64,000 nucleotides of DNA from assembly GCA_951406725.2 (NCBI GenBank), contig OX597822.1, forward strand, positions 21,824,001 to 21,888,000. The letters are read 5' to 3'. The stretch is from Octopus vulgaris (Eukaryota). Shown piece by piece: positions 1 through 14,403 of this stretch; the first letter of the stretch is position 1; the number at the start of each line of letters is the position of its first letter. The position numbers were made by a program, and so were the translations under genes. The notes under the pieces are model-generated. The model did not search any database and was not told the DNA's origin. It worked only from the letters and a program-made list of their open reading frames with translations.

Positions 1-379
1 TTTATATATTTACACATATATAAACACATACAAATGCTCACACAAACACACATATATACACATACACACATGCATATATACAAGCATGTATAATATATAT
101 TTAAGGCACTAGCAATCGCTTTAGGGTTGGTGCTAATATATATGCTCCCAGCACACTCTGTAAAGAGCTTAGTGAATGAGTAGAGACAATGCAATATCCA
201 ATAGAATTTTAATCTTACTGAGGACCTGATTTCCTCTCTAAATTTTTTTATTACATTTTGTAAATGCTGTTTGATACCTCTAACTCATCTAGGAGGACAA
301 ATACTCCAAATAAGAGATGATTTGGACTGTGACAACTCATCTAACTCATGTTAACAGAAAATGCTAAAACGAAGTGATA

Positions 380-1130
380 ATAATTACATATCCACTAGGG
401 AAATGAATTGCTCAATACATAGAAATGGAGTGGGTAGGGACTCCATATGTTGTCTCCAGTGTGAGATATTGACACACAAGAAATGTTGTGGACTCACTGA
501 CAAAGCTAATAGAGAAGATACACTTGGCATGTGGCAGGTGTACAAAAAGGATAAGTATTAAGAACACAGAAGAAATTGATTCTTTCAAATGTTCAGAAGG
601 CTCTCTCTAAAAATGAAATAGTTGATAGTTTCTACTACCTTAGTGTTCAAATTAGTGATCTGAGAGAATAAGAGCTAGTGTTAGAAAAGGTTAGAAAAGG
701 TTAAGTGAGCTATTATCAATGCTGATAACAAAGATTTTTCTCTCTTAGAGTGAAGGACAGACATGGAGTTTGAACTAGGATCCTACTTGGTAATGAGATG
801 TGGGCCTTCAATGCAGAAGACTAGCAAAAACTAGAAAGAACTGAAACAAGCATTACACATTCACTGGATGTGTAGTATTAATATACATAAATGTTAGAGT
901 ACAAATAAGCTATGAGAAAAATTGGGTAAGTGGCATCAGGTGCAATGTGCAGGAAAAAGGCTGCACAGGTAGGGGCATGTGATGTGTATAAATGTATATA
1001 GAATGTAGAGCTCTCTTAGTGGAACCTGTGGAAGAGGGAATCTGAGAAAGGCTTGGGATAAAATAATAAAGATTGATATAAAAATGCTGCATCACATGGA
1101 GGATATAACAAAGGACTTCACCATATCTGC
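380..1130 (+). mobile_element. Decayed RTE-like non-LTR retrotransposon 3' remnant
   Basis: Frameshifted fragments resemble the RTE ORF C-terminus (RNGVGRDSICCLQCEILTHKKC; gagatgtgggcc ~ ETWA; ctagaaagaactgaa ~ LERTE; tggatgtgt ~ WMC; gagaaaaattgggt ~ EKLG). Similar to the segments at 44240-44640 and 48605-49250. Confidence 0.5.
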
Positions 1131-1742
1131 ATTGCCCTTTTTCATTCTTTTTTCCCTTGCATCACTCTTTATGCAAGGGACTTAGTTTCATGTTGTTTCA
1201 GTCTATGCAGCTGAAAAGGGATCACTCTCATTGTCCCCCATCACTTACTCTTACTTATGTCCACCTTTTCTATTATCCGTCACTCCCTTTCCTCCGTCTT
1301 CACCCCAGGCACTCTGTCTCTAACATAATACTCTTACACTTTTCTGGACTCTCTCCTCTTCCCCTCTCTGATCACATTATCTGAGTGAAAGTATGTCTTA
1401 TGGTACTGACTACTCTTTACATTTACAGTATTCAAGGCAACCTCCCCATCACTGATGGCATGACAAAAGCCACTCTGCCTGACATAAGGGAGCAGAGGAA
1501 AAGTAATGGTTGGGAGGTTCCTTTAATCCAGCGTCACTGGGTACTTGGCAGCCTCTTCAGAGTTGATGGTAAAAAAATATGCATCCAGTACACAACTGTA
1601 CATTAGTTAGTGATATGAAGGATGTCTAGCTGTAAAAAGCATATTATATCTAAAACTTTCAAGCAAGATGTGGAGTTCCAACCTGTTGGAAACTGCCAAA
1701 ACTTCCAAGTCATATGTGTGTATGTATATACACACACAAACA

Positions 1743-1776
<34 letters not shown>

Positions 1777-1778
<2 letters not shown>

Positions 1779-1938
1779 TACAAATGTATATATACAAATA
1801 TATATATCACCACCTTCCAAGCCATGTGTATGTATGTATATATATACACACATGCAAATATATATATATATTTACAAATGTATATATACAAATATATATA
1901 TCACCACCTTCCAAGCCATGTGTATGTATGTATATATA
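1777..1938. repeat. Two-copy tandem duplication (~94-bp period) within a (TA)n/(CA)n tract
   Basis: tttacaaatgtatatatacaaatatatatatcaccaccttccaagccatgtgtatgtatgtatatata starts at both 1777 and 1871. Confidence 0.85.
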
Positions 1939-2998
1939 CTCACACATACAAAATATATATATACATACAAATATATGAGTAACTATTTGTGTGTGTAGGT
2001 ATTTTCATATACACTTACACACACAGAAAAAAATGTATACATTCATACAGAAAGCATGAAAAGGATAGGTAACAATTGTGTATGTTAAGTGTACATATAC
2101 ACACATGTTTATCAGTTAAAGAAAAAGCGAACTATGTATTCACATCATAATATTGATGATCACATATCTATTTTTCCTTACTCTAATTTTAAATTCTATT
2201 GTTATTAATTTTTCATGAATGTAAACATTTCATCATAATTCTCTATGACTCAATTCTGTTTTCAATCTTTTGTGTTTGGTTATAAAATACTCCAGGTTTT
2301 CTCATTTCATTTACTTGTTCTGTGGGTTATATTTTTTCTTTTAATCTTGTGGTTTCTTTGTCTGTGCACCAAACAATTTTTTTTCACTACTTCTTGTGTT
2401 TCCAATGGTACATAATGTTTCGAATCAATATCACATGTTTAATTTCCAGATATTTTGCATTCTCATTTCAGAGAAAACATCTGAAAAGAATCTATTATGT
2501 CAGTTTCTTAAATATATCTATAAACTCTTCTCCAACACACAAACAAACAGCTTTCACTCATAAGTGAGTATAACTCAGAAGCATGTACCACACTTTTACT
2601 AATTGTTTTAGGTGCACATATAGTACTTAATAGGTTATAGACATCCTCTCGTCCCTTGCTGTTAGCTAAGTGAAACATCAAGTACATAATAGCTGGAGCA
2701 AGAGAGAATTGCACCAGAATAAATACTCATTTTCAGCTGTATAGACTGGAGGAACCTGAAACTAAGTCCCTTGCTTAAAGACACAAAGGATTCAAACTGA
2801 CAACCTTATAATTACAAGCTCAACAGCCTAACTGCTAGGCCATGCATCTTCATTTCAAATATGAACAATAGTTTAAATTGAATTTATTGCCAATTGTGGT
2901 GTCCATGATTTTCTCTGCCATTCATTGTACTAATGAATTGACTTTAATATAAAATCAAAATGATACACCATGCTGGCTCTAAATATGTGTCTAGTTAT

Positions 2999-3190
2999 CC
3001 CTTTTGATAGCTACTCATCTGAGACTGCTCTTAATTCTATGATACAAACTTTTTGTTTTGAAGAGATGTAAATTAAAACTCTCATGAAAATTTCATGCTA
3101 GTTTATGCTTGAAATGAACTTAATAAGGTTAAAGCTATTTTCAAAAGTGTTTGAAACAAGTATTTCAAAACAAATATGGTTACAAAAGGG
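2999..3190. mobile_element. piggyBac-type MITE, degenerate
   Basis: ttat|cccttttg ... caaaaggg|ttaa: CCC/GGG termini, 8-bp TIR, TTAA on the right and TTAT on the left. Confidence 0.55.
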
Positions 3191-4259
3191 TTAAACAGTT
3201 ACTTTTCTATAAATAAACATTAAAGTATCATTATATATTTAATAGTGACATTTCATAAAAGAGGTTAGCAAACTGAGCATAAAATAAGCAGTGTTAATTT
3301 GAGGACAGGAAAAACATCAAACCTCTTGAACATCAACCTTTTTCAAGAACTATAAGCACAATGTTTGAAACAAAAGACATTTTCATCCTTGTATGATGCT
3401 GTAACATGTCCCATGTTTTGGCCTAATTTATTCTATCTAATTCAAATCCATGATCTTTGTATTTTCCACTCACTTTGTGGAAGAAAACTCTGCTGTAACT
3501 CTGTGTAAAAACATTGATCTCTTTTACACCTGTGAAGAACAAGTGGCAGTGAAATGTTAGATGAAATCAGTTAAAACATTTTTGGTTTAACTCTATTATT
3601 TTACAAGACAAAACAAATTCCCATTTTGCAAAATCCACTTTCTACTTAGCATGATACCTATGAACAGAGCAATATTTTACTGTTAGCTGTTAGTTTACTA
3701 GTCCTTGCCACCCAATCATTTTACCATAAGCATTAGTAGGAAATCTCCATTGAGTTTAGATAGCTCTTTAATATTATGTTTCATGTTCTTCTTCCTTCTC
3801 ATGTTAGCATGGAAGGCGAACGTTAAAGGATGATGACGATGAGTAACAACCTCTTGCGTGGTCAGGTTGTCAGCAAATAAACTGGCATCCCTGCAAGGCT
3901 TACCTGGTGAGCTGGGCTGCTAGAAGCTCAGCAAGACTAAAAGCAAGACTTGCCAAAAGAATTGATGAACTTGGTGTAGGTTTAACAGCTATCTAGCAAT
4001 AGCATGGGCTATCAGGATAACCTGATTGGTGTCCAGCAAGCTGGAAGACCACTGGGAGTGAAGCACCGTTTAGCTTTTGTTAAAGCATGACTGGAAGAGA
4101 AGGTCACTCTAATATAAAACCAGATGTGTAAGGAAAGGCATTGAACATTTTGGGTATCTTTTTCTTGTGCTTGAGATCATGGTGCTCCCCCATTCCTGAG
4201 CTTGCAACCCATATTAGCACTAAATATCTTGTCCTGGTCTGTATCTTGTTTATGTTAGA

Positions 4260-4316
4260 TATATGCATGCATATATATATATGTATATACATACACACAT
4301 ACATATATAAATATAA

Positions 4317-4363
<47 letters not shown>

Positions 4364-4385
4364 ATAATTATATATTATATGTAAG

Positions 4386-4417
<32 letters not shown>

Positions 4418-4480
4418 ATATTTATATATATTATATATATATATGATGTTTATATATTATTTATATATATATATATATAT
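4260..4480. repeat. (TA)n-rich microsatellite
   Basis: Seen directly. Confidence 0.9.
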
Positions 4481-5264
4481 AGGGAGAATTCACAAAAAAA
4501 CAACAGATGAAGACAGGTGATGTAGACAAGAAACAGATGTATTAGTATAACACTCGGGAAGTGCAAAAGTCTTTCAAGCCTATGCCCTTCTACAGAAAAG
4601 AACACAGAAAGAAACAAGGAGAGAAAATAGAGAATGTGTAGTGGCTAGCGATCTAGACAGACACATTGATTGATCTGTTGATTGATCTCTGTTAAACAAT
4701 CATAATCATGTACAGTTCTGAAGTCAAATACATTGTTTTTCTGTGAGGAAGATGAAAAGTCTGAACATCTGAAGCTGAACCTTCATCAGAGAGTAGGGTT
4801 TTCTGATGGATTTATAAACTAGACTTCTATTTATTCAGTAATATCAGAGAGTGTCACTTTCCAATGCAAGATTTTACGAAATTCTATAAACTTTTCCTCT
4901 TTGTCACGGCCAACCATCATATTCCACCTTAGAATAATATATACTGGTTAATTACCAATGCAGACCATTATTTATTTTCTCAGATTCTACAACCTATTTA
5001 GTCACATACTTATTCTGCCATACCAAAATTTTCTGCTAGTATAGATTAAACCAATGATGATGTTTCAAAACCAAACTGTGTTCTGTTTTATTTAAGGCAC
5101 CGTACCATCTACTGAAGGAAGAATTCAGCATAATTGTTCTTAATTTTAACTGTCATGAACCACGAATATTTACTGGGTTGATGGTTAGTTCTAGTTTCAA
5201 TAAAATTATGTGCCTCTTGCTAATATTGTATTTTACACCTCTAAGAGCTCAGAAACATTATATA

Positions 5265-5490
5265 TCACAAGAGAGGAGCCACAATATAGTTGCTCAACCT
5301 CCTAGAAATAATGCCTAATTCCCAATTCTTTCAAATCACATCCTGCCATCTTTAAGAAGGAAGAACACATTAGATAATGTAGTCATTGTTGTATAAAATG
5401 ATAGAAAAACCGTCTTAAATACTCTTTCTCAGAAGTCTGCCAGAATCAGAGATGATTTGGGCTTAAACAACAATAACAGTAACAACAAAA
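5265..5490 (+). mobile_element. Old dispersed ~220-bp repeat ending in (AAC)n, SINE-like; other copies near 30790-31020, 36205-36425, 46760-46930, 53880-54350 and 55635-55810
   Basis: Shared motif string gctcaacct(g/c)ctagaaatagcagccaaatctccctcaaatcacaccctac ... ggtcatggctggaat ... aaacaacaa, seen in degraded form in each copy. Confidence 0.6.
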
Positions 5491-7670
5491 TACCTTAAAA
5501 GTGGTGAGTCAAAATATCATAAGACTGCACTCAAAATGTATGTGAAAGTGTTGTACTTTGAAATGTTATAAAATTGAGCACTGTCATAACGTAAAAGCAT
5601 GAATTAATGTTGCAGGCCCAGTAACTTTAATTAAATAAGACTCTACCCATTTCACAGAAAGTTAAGCTGTGGTCAATGTTTAAATCAACCAAAGGCAAGA
5701 GCAAAAGCTCAAAACCAAAACAAAGAAAATTTTAATGTGTTGATGCACCAAAGTCTCAGTTAATTAAAAGCGGAATAAGCAATGTAAAGAGATAAAGAAT
5801 AATCTATTTGCTCATTGACAGACACTGTGACAACTCTGAAAATATTTTGGTCTTATTATACCTCCTGTCTAAAGTTGATTGGAAAATAAATCGATCAGAA
5901 TAAATAAAAAACATAACTGTTTTAGGTTAATAGTTATATCAATCTTTAGTGCCAAGTTCACTATGAAGTTGAAGAAAAACGAGTCACTGGATGTACAAGA
6001 CAGTCAAAGATTTCAAAATTATTGTCCATGGTTTTACACTTCTGACAATTACTTTGAAATTTTCTGTCTGTTATTGCTTTGACTACCAATATTATGAGGT
6101 GTTTAAAAATACGACACTGTTTTTTATGATTATGGGGCTAGAAGAAAAAAAAGTATATATATATATTACTCTTGCAATGAATCACATGATATAATAATTT
6201 CTTTTGGGGGAAGAAAATATAATTTGTGTAAGTACATGTGTAAATATTTGCATATGTTTTACAAGTATGTTTATAGACACTACAACGGGATGTTTGCAAA
6301 TACTTCTATGATGGACTTCATAAACCAACATTTACTTTTCTTCGAAAATTGGTACATTTCCAAGTAGTCTGAAATGGTTATAAATAATTGTACTCCTTTG
6401 ACAAGTTAATGGTAGAAATATGCTTTGTAGTAGAATAACATATAAACACTACCTCCAAAGACACTGATGTAAATAAAAATAGTTAATATGTGTATGTATG
6501 TTTATACATACTTACATATGTGTGTGTGTGTCTATATATATATATTCATACATGCATACATAAGTATTATATATACATATATAAATACTTGTATACATCT
6601 GTTTATATGTACATATGTTTAAGAATATACATATGATTATACACTTATGTGTATGCCCACATGCATACACACATGCACACTCACATATACACATAATTGT
6701 GTTTGTTTATTATTTTAACATTAACTTTAACTTTTATCGGTTAGAAATGCTGAAAAGCTTTTTTCTGTTATTTATGTTTCACACTAAAATTTTGTGTCTA
6801 TTGAATAAAATTCAGACATCAATATTGCCTTTAACTTCATTAAAAAAAAAAAGAAAAAGAATACAATTAAAATATAAGGAATAATTAAATAAACTGTAAG
6901 AAATAAACAGAATTAAGAGAAACAATAAATTGAATAATTTTAAAAAGAAATAATATTCTTTAAAAAAAAAAATAAACGAACAGTAACAAAAGCAATAATG
7001 GGAAATGTTTTTACTGATAGATGCAGTTAATAGTATTGCCATTTAAGTAGAGATAGGCTCTTGGCAATCTGTCTACAACCTATTTATCATAATCTTCAAC
7101 ATTTTTATGTCTATTTTTCCATGCTGCTATGGGCTGGATGTAATCTGCTTCACAGCATATTGACAATCATCTTAGTCTTCTGTGAGGTCCAACATTCTTA
7201 AATTTAACTGCATCATGTCTTCTTATGTTTTCTCCCATCAGATAAATAAGGGACTTATTGTCTACACCCGTACTGCAAATAGAATCGATTTTGTTACATA
7301 AATCTTGATCAAGTCCCTAGTCTGGTGATAATTTCTTTCCTCTCTCTCACTGATCTCTGAGATTTTGGAAAATAATTATAGGCACTACTCTATTTATTTT
7401 GTCTACAAATGGGCAGGCAAAGTGTTTGTGTTAAATGTAACCATAGATTAAGTCAGATTACTTCGTGTCTGTAGCTACAGCTTTTCAGAAATACATCAAT
7501 GTCACAGTATCCATTTCCCCACCATTTGAAGACATTGATAACTTGTTAAAGGGGTGAAGATATGATGACATAATTAAGAAATGCACTTTGAAATTACATG
7601 CATTTGTGTTTAATTGTGCTACACTGTACATTGGATTTTTACTGCCATACTTTCAGTCCCTTGTCAGTCG

Positions 7671-8030
7671 TCATCATCATCATCATCATCATCCGCTTTC
7701 CATGCTAGTATGGGTTGGATGAATGACTGAGGGCTGGCGAACCAGATGGCTGCACCAGGCTTCAATCTTGATCTGGCAGAGTTTCTACAGCTGGATGACC
7801 TTCCTAACGCCAACCACTCCGAGAGTGTAGTGGGTGCTTTTATGTGCCACCAGCATGGGGCCAGTCAGGCAGTACTGGCAAAAACCTCGCTCGAATCTTT
7901 TACACATCCCACCGACACAGGTGCCAGTATGGCGATGCTGGTAACGATCATGCTCAGATGATGCTCTTAATACCCTACTAGCATGGGGCTCAAGTGCCAG
8001 TAAGGCGATGCTGGTAATGATCCTGGTAAA
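7671..8030 (-). mobile_element. SINE-like repeat with (GAT)n tail and internal ~60-bp repeats
   Basis: (CAT)n followed by ccgctttccatgctagtatgggttgga...ctggatgaccttcctaacgccaaccactccgagagtg. Near-identical to 48267-48610; both give the spurious ORF MAAPGFNLDLAEFLQLD. Confidence 0.8.
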
Positions 8031-10975
8031 TGGAAACTGTCTGGAAACTTGTTATAAGGGTCCTTATTTTAGTGTGAAATGTATCTATTACCTGCTTTAG
8101 CATGACTGCCTGGCTTGTAAGTGCCTTTCAAAATGTCTTCTGTTCTATTGCAAGATTGAAGTTAGGTGTCAGGTCTGAACATAACTTCCTTTCTTCTTGC
8201 AGTCAGTGTTATACACCGGTCATGGCCACAGCTTCCCTTTCATGAGATGTAAAAATATTAAGAATGTATTTTTTACTGTGTTAATGAAAATGCATAAAGA
8301 ACAAAATGTGGAATATATGGGATTGGATTAATGCTTGAAAGTGTATTGAAAGTGAACAAGGAGTACTATAACGTTTCTGAGGTTAGTCCTTCTTCATGGG
8401 GAGGAAGAGAGAATTTATTGTTTCTCTTAATTCTGTTTATTTCTTACAATTCATTTAATCATTCCTTATGCTTTAATTGTATGCTAGTCATTCTTCCCAG
8501 AGCAAAGGAAAAATATGGGGAAGAAGAGAGAAGTGGTGTGTACAGAACAATTCTGAAAAATAAAAACATTTGAAAGACAGGAAAGGTGAAGAGTTCAAAG
8601 TTGAAAAGAATATCATTCTAAGAGGAAGAGTCAAGAAGTTATGTACAATGAGAGTATTGATGAAATCTATCGGACAAAAATATATTTTATTAACAATATA
8701 ACAACTGTATTGGTAGTACTATTAACAATCATAAAATTATAATATACAACAATAGTTTTAATGATATTGATATGAAATAATAATGATGGTACTGATGGGT
8801 AACAACAGGTTCAAAAATTAAAAAACAAATAATACAGATGAATGACAAGGGAAATATATAACAAAATCTAAGGACCTAAAAGATGAGAGCTTTATTTAGC
8901 TGTGGTGACTCAGAAGATCATTTAGCATAGGGTTTATTGAAAAGTTTTGGAAATGTGAAATTAAATCAGATATCATAGTGTGAAGATGATCAAATGAAAG
9001 TTTATGATGCTGGAGTGAGGGTAGTGGCAGAAATCTAGAGAATGAAAGCTTAAACATGTCAATAAAATGACTGAAAGTAGTAGGTAGTAGGTGAGAGTGG
9101 GAAGAGAGAAGAAAGAAAAGTTTATGCTTGATAGATAAATTGGGAAAAAGAAATCATGTGTATATACTAATCTACGTGTGGTTATATATATGAATACACA
9201 CGCATACACATGCATAAATAGCCTGTATATGATAGTACAAACTTACATTCAAAGAGTACGACATCTCTGGCTTTTGATCCCAACTGTGCATTGGATGTGC
9301 ATTTTGATGTACTGAGCTTGAAGTTCTATACCAGCATGGAACATGTTAAAAGATGATGATGATAATAAGATCTGTTATAATAATATAACCATTATTAGAT
9401 TCTAGAGCTTCAAAGAGTAGATCCTTACAGATGGTAGAGTTGACCCTCACAATATCAAATCAAACAAATCTACAGTTGATTTTGCTTTTGATATTGTTTA
9501 CCTGCTTAATGATGACACTACTGCAGTTCCTTTTTTTAAGGTAATTTTTTGCCTGATCCTAAATTTTGAAACCTTAAGTAAATTTTTGCTGACTATGTCA
9601 CTTTTTATTGGATTGAACAGTGTATATTTAGGGTTCCCTAAGAAGTGGCTTTCCGATAATTACTGTACACTTTACAAAAGGTGTCACCACCATTTGACTT
9701 CTATCTTTGAGGTAATCAGAAAACCAAATACTCAACCAACCAGTTCCATTAACATTCTCTTGTTACATAAATGGTTAACTTTGTCTAAGATCTTTTTATG
9801 AAATCAAGGTCAACACTTAATCCAGATAATAAACTGTTTTTTAAGAGGTTTTATGAAGAAATTTCTTTCTATGAAGGTTAAAGAGTTTCTGAATTTCTAA
9901 GCTGAATTTCATTTCTCTGAATTTCTATGTATAAAAGTGTTCTTTTATGCATCATAGAATAAATAGCTTATTTGATTATCTTTAATTTTATTTTTTGTAA
10001 TTCTATGATATTGAACACATCATTGATTTAATTTTAAGAGCAAATAGAGATTATATGTAAAAAGGGCTTCATAAAACTTAAATCTTAGATGATAGTAATT
10101 GACAAAGAATATTTGCAGCAAAGTTGTAAAAGTGTAAAGAAGTGGGTGGGGATAACCACTTCAGCCTCCCATAATATAATATCATTCCAGTAGTTTTTAA
10201 AGATATGATGTTAAGGATTCAGATGAGTTTCTTGGTAACACTTTAACCATTGTTATAGATAGTTGTTGTTTTATTTCTTTTAGTATTATTAGCTGTTACT
10301 CTGACAAAGTTTATTTTCAAAACATTAAGGCACAAACAGGTATGGCTGCATAGTTAAGACTTTCACTTTTCAGCAGTGTGGTTTTGAGATCAGTCCCACT
10401 GTGTAAATACCTTCAGCTTCTACTACAGATCTGGGTTGATCAATGCCTAGTGATGGAATTTATTTGATGGAAAGTTGATGGGATTTAGTTGATAGATAGA
10501 AAGAAGCCCATCATATACATGCACACACATAAGTATGTATATATGTGCACATAATGTGTGGGATGTGTGTGTTTGTCTGTCTCTCAATATTTTGACATTG
10601 TGCAATAGTTATAAATAAGTATCACGATCAAACAAGCAGTGTCCCACATTTCCAGTCTTTATGAAAATATATCTGGCCATGAGAAATATCGATTTCAAAT
10701 TCTGGCACAAGGCCAACAATTTTGGGGGAGAGGCAAGCCAATTACATCGACTCCAGTATTCATCTGGTATTCATTTTATTGACCCTGAAGGGATGAAAGG
10801 CTAAGTCGACCCAGGCAGCATTTGAAATCAGAATATTAAGTTGGAAGAAATACAGCTAAGTAGTTTATCTGGTGCAGTAATGATTCATCAGCTTCCTGCC
10901 TTTGCCATGGGAAATATTAACTTGCTTGGAAACAGTTGAAGGTTAGCAACAATAAGCATATCCAGCCATAGGATA

Positions 10976-11164
10976 TTTAGTTAAGTTAAGTTAATTTTGG
11001 GGCTCAAAAAGCAAAAAAGCAAGGCCATGTAGGGGGACATGGAGTTATGTACAGGGTGATGTTCATGCAAAGAGTTCAGGCCATTTCTGGTCAAGAGAGA
11101 CTTTGAACCGAGTGGTCATTGGCATCTTCACTATCTCGTCCGGCAGCTTATTCCACGGATCCAC
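10976..11164 (-). mobile_element. CR1-like LINE 3'-terminal fragment with (TTAAC)n tail
   Basis: Minus strand reads VDPWNKLPDEIVKMPMTTRFKVSLDQKWPELFA*, matching the CR1 ORF2 end pattern WNxLP...FKxxLD, then a short UTR and a short-repeat tail at ~10976-10994. Confidence 0.75.
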
Positions 11165-13470
11165 ATGAATTTGATCCAATGAATTCTGTTTGACCTATGG
11201 AAGCATTATAAAAAGTGGGTATTAAATTGATGATGACGATGATAACAAAGCTTATTTTCCAGGATTTCATAAAGAAACAGAACAAGAAAACCAGCTGGCC
11301 CTGGAGTTGAGTCTGCATCTAGAAAGCTTCTTTCCTCAATCATTTCCTGTTATGTTTGTTAGTACTAGTTACTCACTAGACTGTTGAAAGAACTCACTGA
11401 CTAGAAGAATAACTTTGGAAGTTCCATTTCTTTTTCTTCTTTCTTTTGACTCTTTGTCCACTCAAAGAGAACAGATTTGGAAAGAGTATTTTATGAATAT
11501 CTTGAAACTGAATTGATTTAATTTTTCATTCCAAAAATAGGTAATTACGTACCAAGCAGAAGAAAAACCTTATGTTCAACTTTTACTGTTTGCCTATCAT
11601 GTATTTCATTGTCTCTCTTCATCGTTAGCTGTTCATGCAGCTTTAGTGACCGATGTTTAAAATTTTACATCTAACTTATATTTGAATCTTTTTGTAGGCT
11701 GAGATTGGTGCTGTAGGAAAATTTGAACATTTCCTCATTCATGTTCTTATTTAGGTATTCAGCACTAAGTGTGTATTCTATAGTCTTGGAAATTCCAAAA
11801 TATAAAGAAACTAGTTTTTATGTGTGTGTGTGTGTGTGTGTGTGGCTTAGTTGGTAGTCCCATCAGGAAATGTTGAAGTAACTCCTAAATTGTAGATATT
11901 AAGGCAGAAGATCTCAAAGATGGTGGTGATTGTGTTTTGGTTACATAATTATTAGGCCTTATCAACACAAGTTTGAGCATTTGGTCTGAGTTTTAGGTGT
12001 TGTTGTTGGGAGCTGATGATTATTGTTGCCTTAAGCTTTATCTTATCTATTTGGTATCTACTGTTAATACCTTGGGTGGTGTATACCTCTTTCCTTTTTT
12101 AATCTTTATCATGTTTGCAGTTTCATTCCAGAGTATTTGTGTGTGAATAAACAGCTTTCATTGATACACTCCCTCTTTTTCCTGACAGAAAAATAATGGA
12201 GCTTAGTTGCTGTTTATGTAGATTATGTACAGATAATGGTTGTGTTAGGCTTTTACAGTTGGCTATATTATTTGGGAGATCTGGTTGCTAAATGTCTTTA
12301 TTTTCTGTCATTGGAATTATTCACTGCTTGCATGTCCACTGAGATGTTTCTCTGTATTGTGCTTTCTATATCATTATCTCAAATTGTATGGCAACTGAAT
12401 CAGTAACCAATGCATCTATCCTAGAGGTTTGGTGGTTGAAATGACAGGAATGATTGGAGTAAAGCCAAAGTAGTCGTTTATCATTTTTGTTGATAAGCAA
12501 CAGGTTTTGTGGACTATTTTCAGTAGGTGTTTATATTTTCCTGATTTAACATGTAGGATATCATCCATGATGAGGCATCCACTTCATGGATTTTAATTTA
12601 TCATATTGATATCAGTTCATTTTTCAATCCAGTACTTATTTTATTAATCTCTGTTTCACAGACTATGAAGTTATCAGACTTAGAGGGATGCAACATAAGA
12701 GTGGTATGAACAATATCCCCACAACCACACACACACATACAGTCACCTCACTCACACATACATATAGACAGATGGAGAAATGCAAGGTGGGTTTGTCCAG
12801 TTTTTAATAACCCATTTTTTAGAGAAGGTATTGGTCAGTCCCTGGTTAAATTAGAATCCACAAAGTTCTAAATGGGGGGGGGATTAAACCTGGAACCTCC
12901 TTAGTTAGCTACACAGCCATATGAGCGAAAAGCAGTTTAGATATTTAGTAGTCGAGGATAATCTGCTTTTATTTCCAGATTTGATGTGATTTGACTTTTG
13001 ATCTCCATTGCTATTTCGAACTTAGACTGCCCAGAACAATATAACATGCTGGTCTATTTGTTGATTTTGGTAATTTCATATCAGCACTCTATTTATATCT
13101 CAGTTTATTTTTGTGAGCATATATTTCTGTTCCTATGAGACAAATTGAGCTCTTTCAGAAATAGAGTAATCTACGTTTTAGCTATGTTGAAAAAATGTTG
13201 ATATATTTATTTATATTTATGTATGTGTGTGTGTACTTTGTGTATGGGATTTGCATATAGGCACAGACATTGCTGCACAGTTATAAAATTTACTTAACTA
13301 CTTGGATCCCGATTTGAATCCAATGCATAACATATTTGGTAAGTGTCTCCCTCTGTTGATTTAAATTGACCAATAAATTGTAAGTGGAATTTAGTAGATC
13401 GAAAATGTGTAAAAACAGGTCAAAGAGATAAACACATACATATCATGTGTATATATATATATATATATAT

Positions 13471-13884
13471 CTTTACTCTTTACTCTTTTACTTGTTTCAG
13501 TCATTTGAATGCGGCCATGCTGGAGCACCGTCTTTAATCGAGCAACTCGACCCCAGGACTTATTCTTTTGTAAACCCAGTACTTATTCTATCGGTCTCTT
13601 TTGCCAAACCACTAAGTAACGGGGAGATAAACACACCAGCATCGGTTGTCAAGCAATGCTAGGGGGACAAACACAGACACACAAACACACACACGCATAT
13701 ATATATATATATACATACATACATACGATGGGCTTCTTTCAGTTTCCATCTACCAAATCCACTCACAAGGCTTTGGTCGCCCCGAGGCTATAGTAGAAGA
13801 CACTTGCCCAAGGTGCCACGCAGTGGGAGTGAACCTGGAACCATGTGGTTGGTAAACAAGCTACTTACCACACAGCCACTCCTG
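13471..13884 (-). mobile_element. tRNA-derived SINE (family A), near full length
   Basis: Reverse complement of the element at 19635-19983, with A/B-box-like head, central (TA)/(TG) tract and gtaaaagagtaaa tail. Confidence 0.9.
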
Positions 13885-14403
13885 TACATATATGTATGTA
13901 GGAATAATAGGCGCAGATGTGGCTGTGTGGTTAAGAAACCATGTAGCTCCAGGTTTGGTCCCACTGTGATTCATTTGGGCGAGTATCTTCCACTATAGCT
14001 CCAGGCTGATCAAAATATATTTCTCTATAGTAAACCGCAGTGAAATTACCTTATGAAGTTAAAATTAGTCCAGAAAATATTTGAACTTACTTAAGTTTGT
14101 TAAATTCTTGCCACTGCTTAATACTGCTACTATTAAAATTGTTCTGACAGGAAGGTCTGTGATAAAACTATGGCTTTCTAATATGCTCAGGGTTATCTCT
14201 CTTCAGTATCTCCTACTGAGGAAGACTAAGGAGCCAGAAACACATCTAAGAATCTAATAGGGCGTAACATTGAGCAGAAGAGGGTTTTTTTACATCTTTT
14301 ACCATATGCAAAAATTTTTCTCCACAGCAAACTGCTGTGAAATTGTCTTTAGAAGTTAAGATAAGTCACAGACATATATGAACTAAAGTTTATATGTATT
14401 TAA

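Noticed and set aside
7746-7961. ORF MAAPGFNLDLAEFLQLD, repeated at 48320
   Set aside because: Antisense reading of a dispersed repeat, not a duplicated gene.
11860-12580. Possible Penelope-like remnant on the minus strand
   Set aside because: Only faint motif echoes; too decayed to support without a search.
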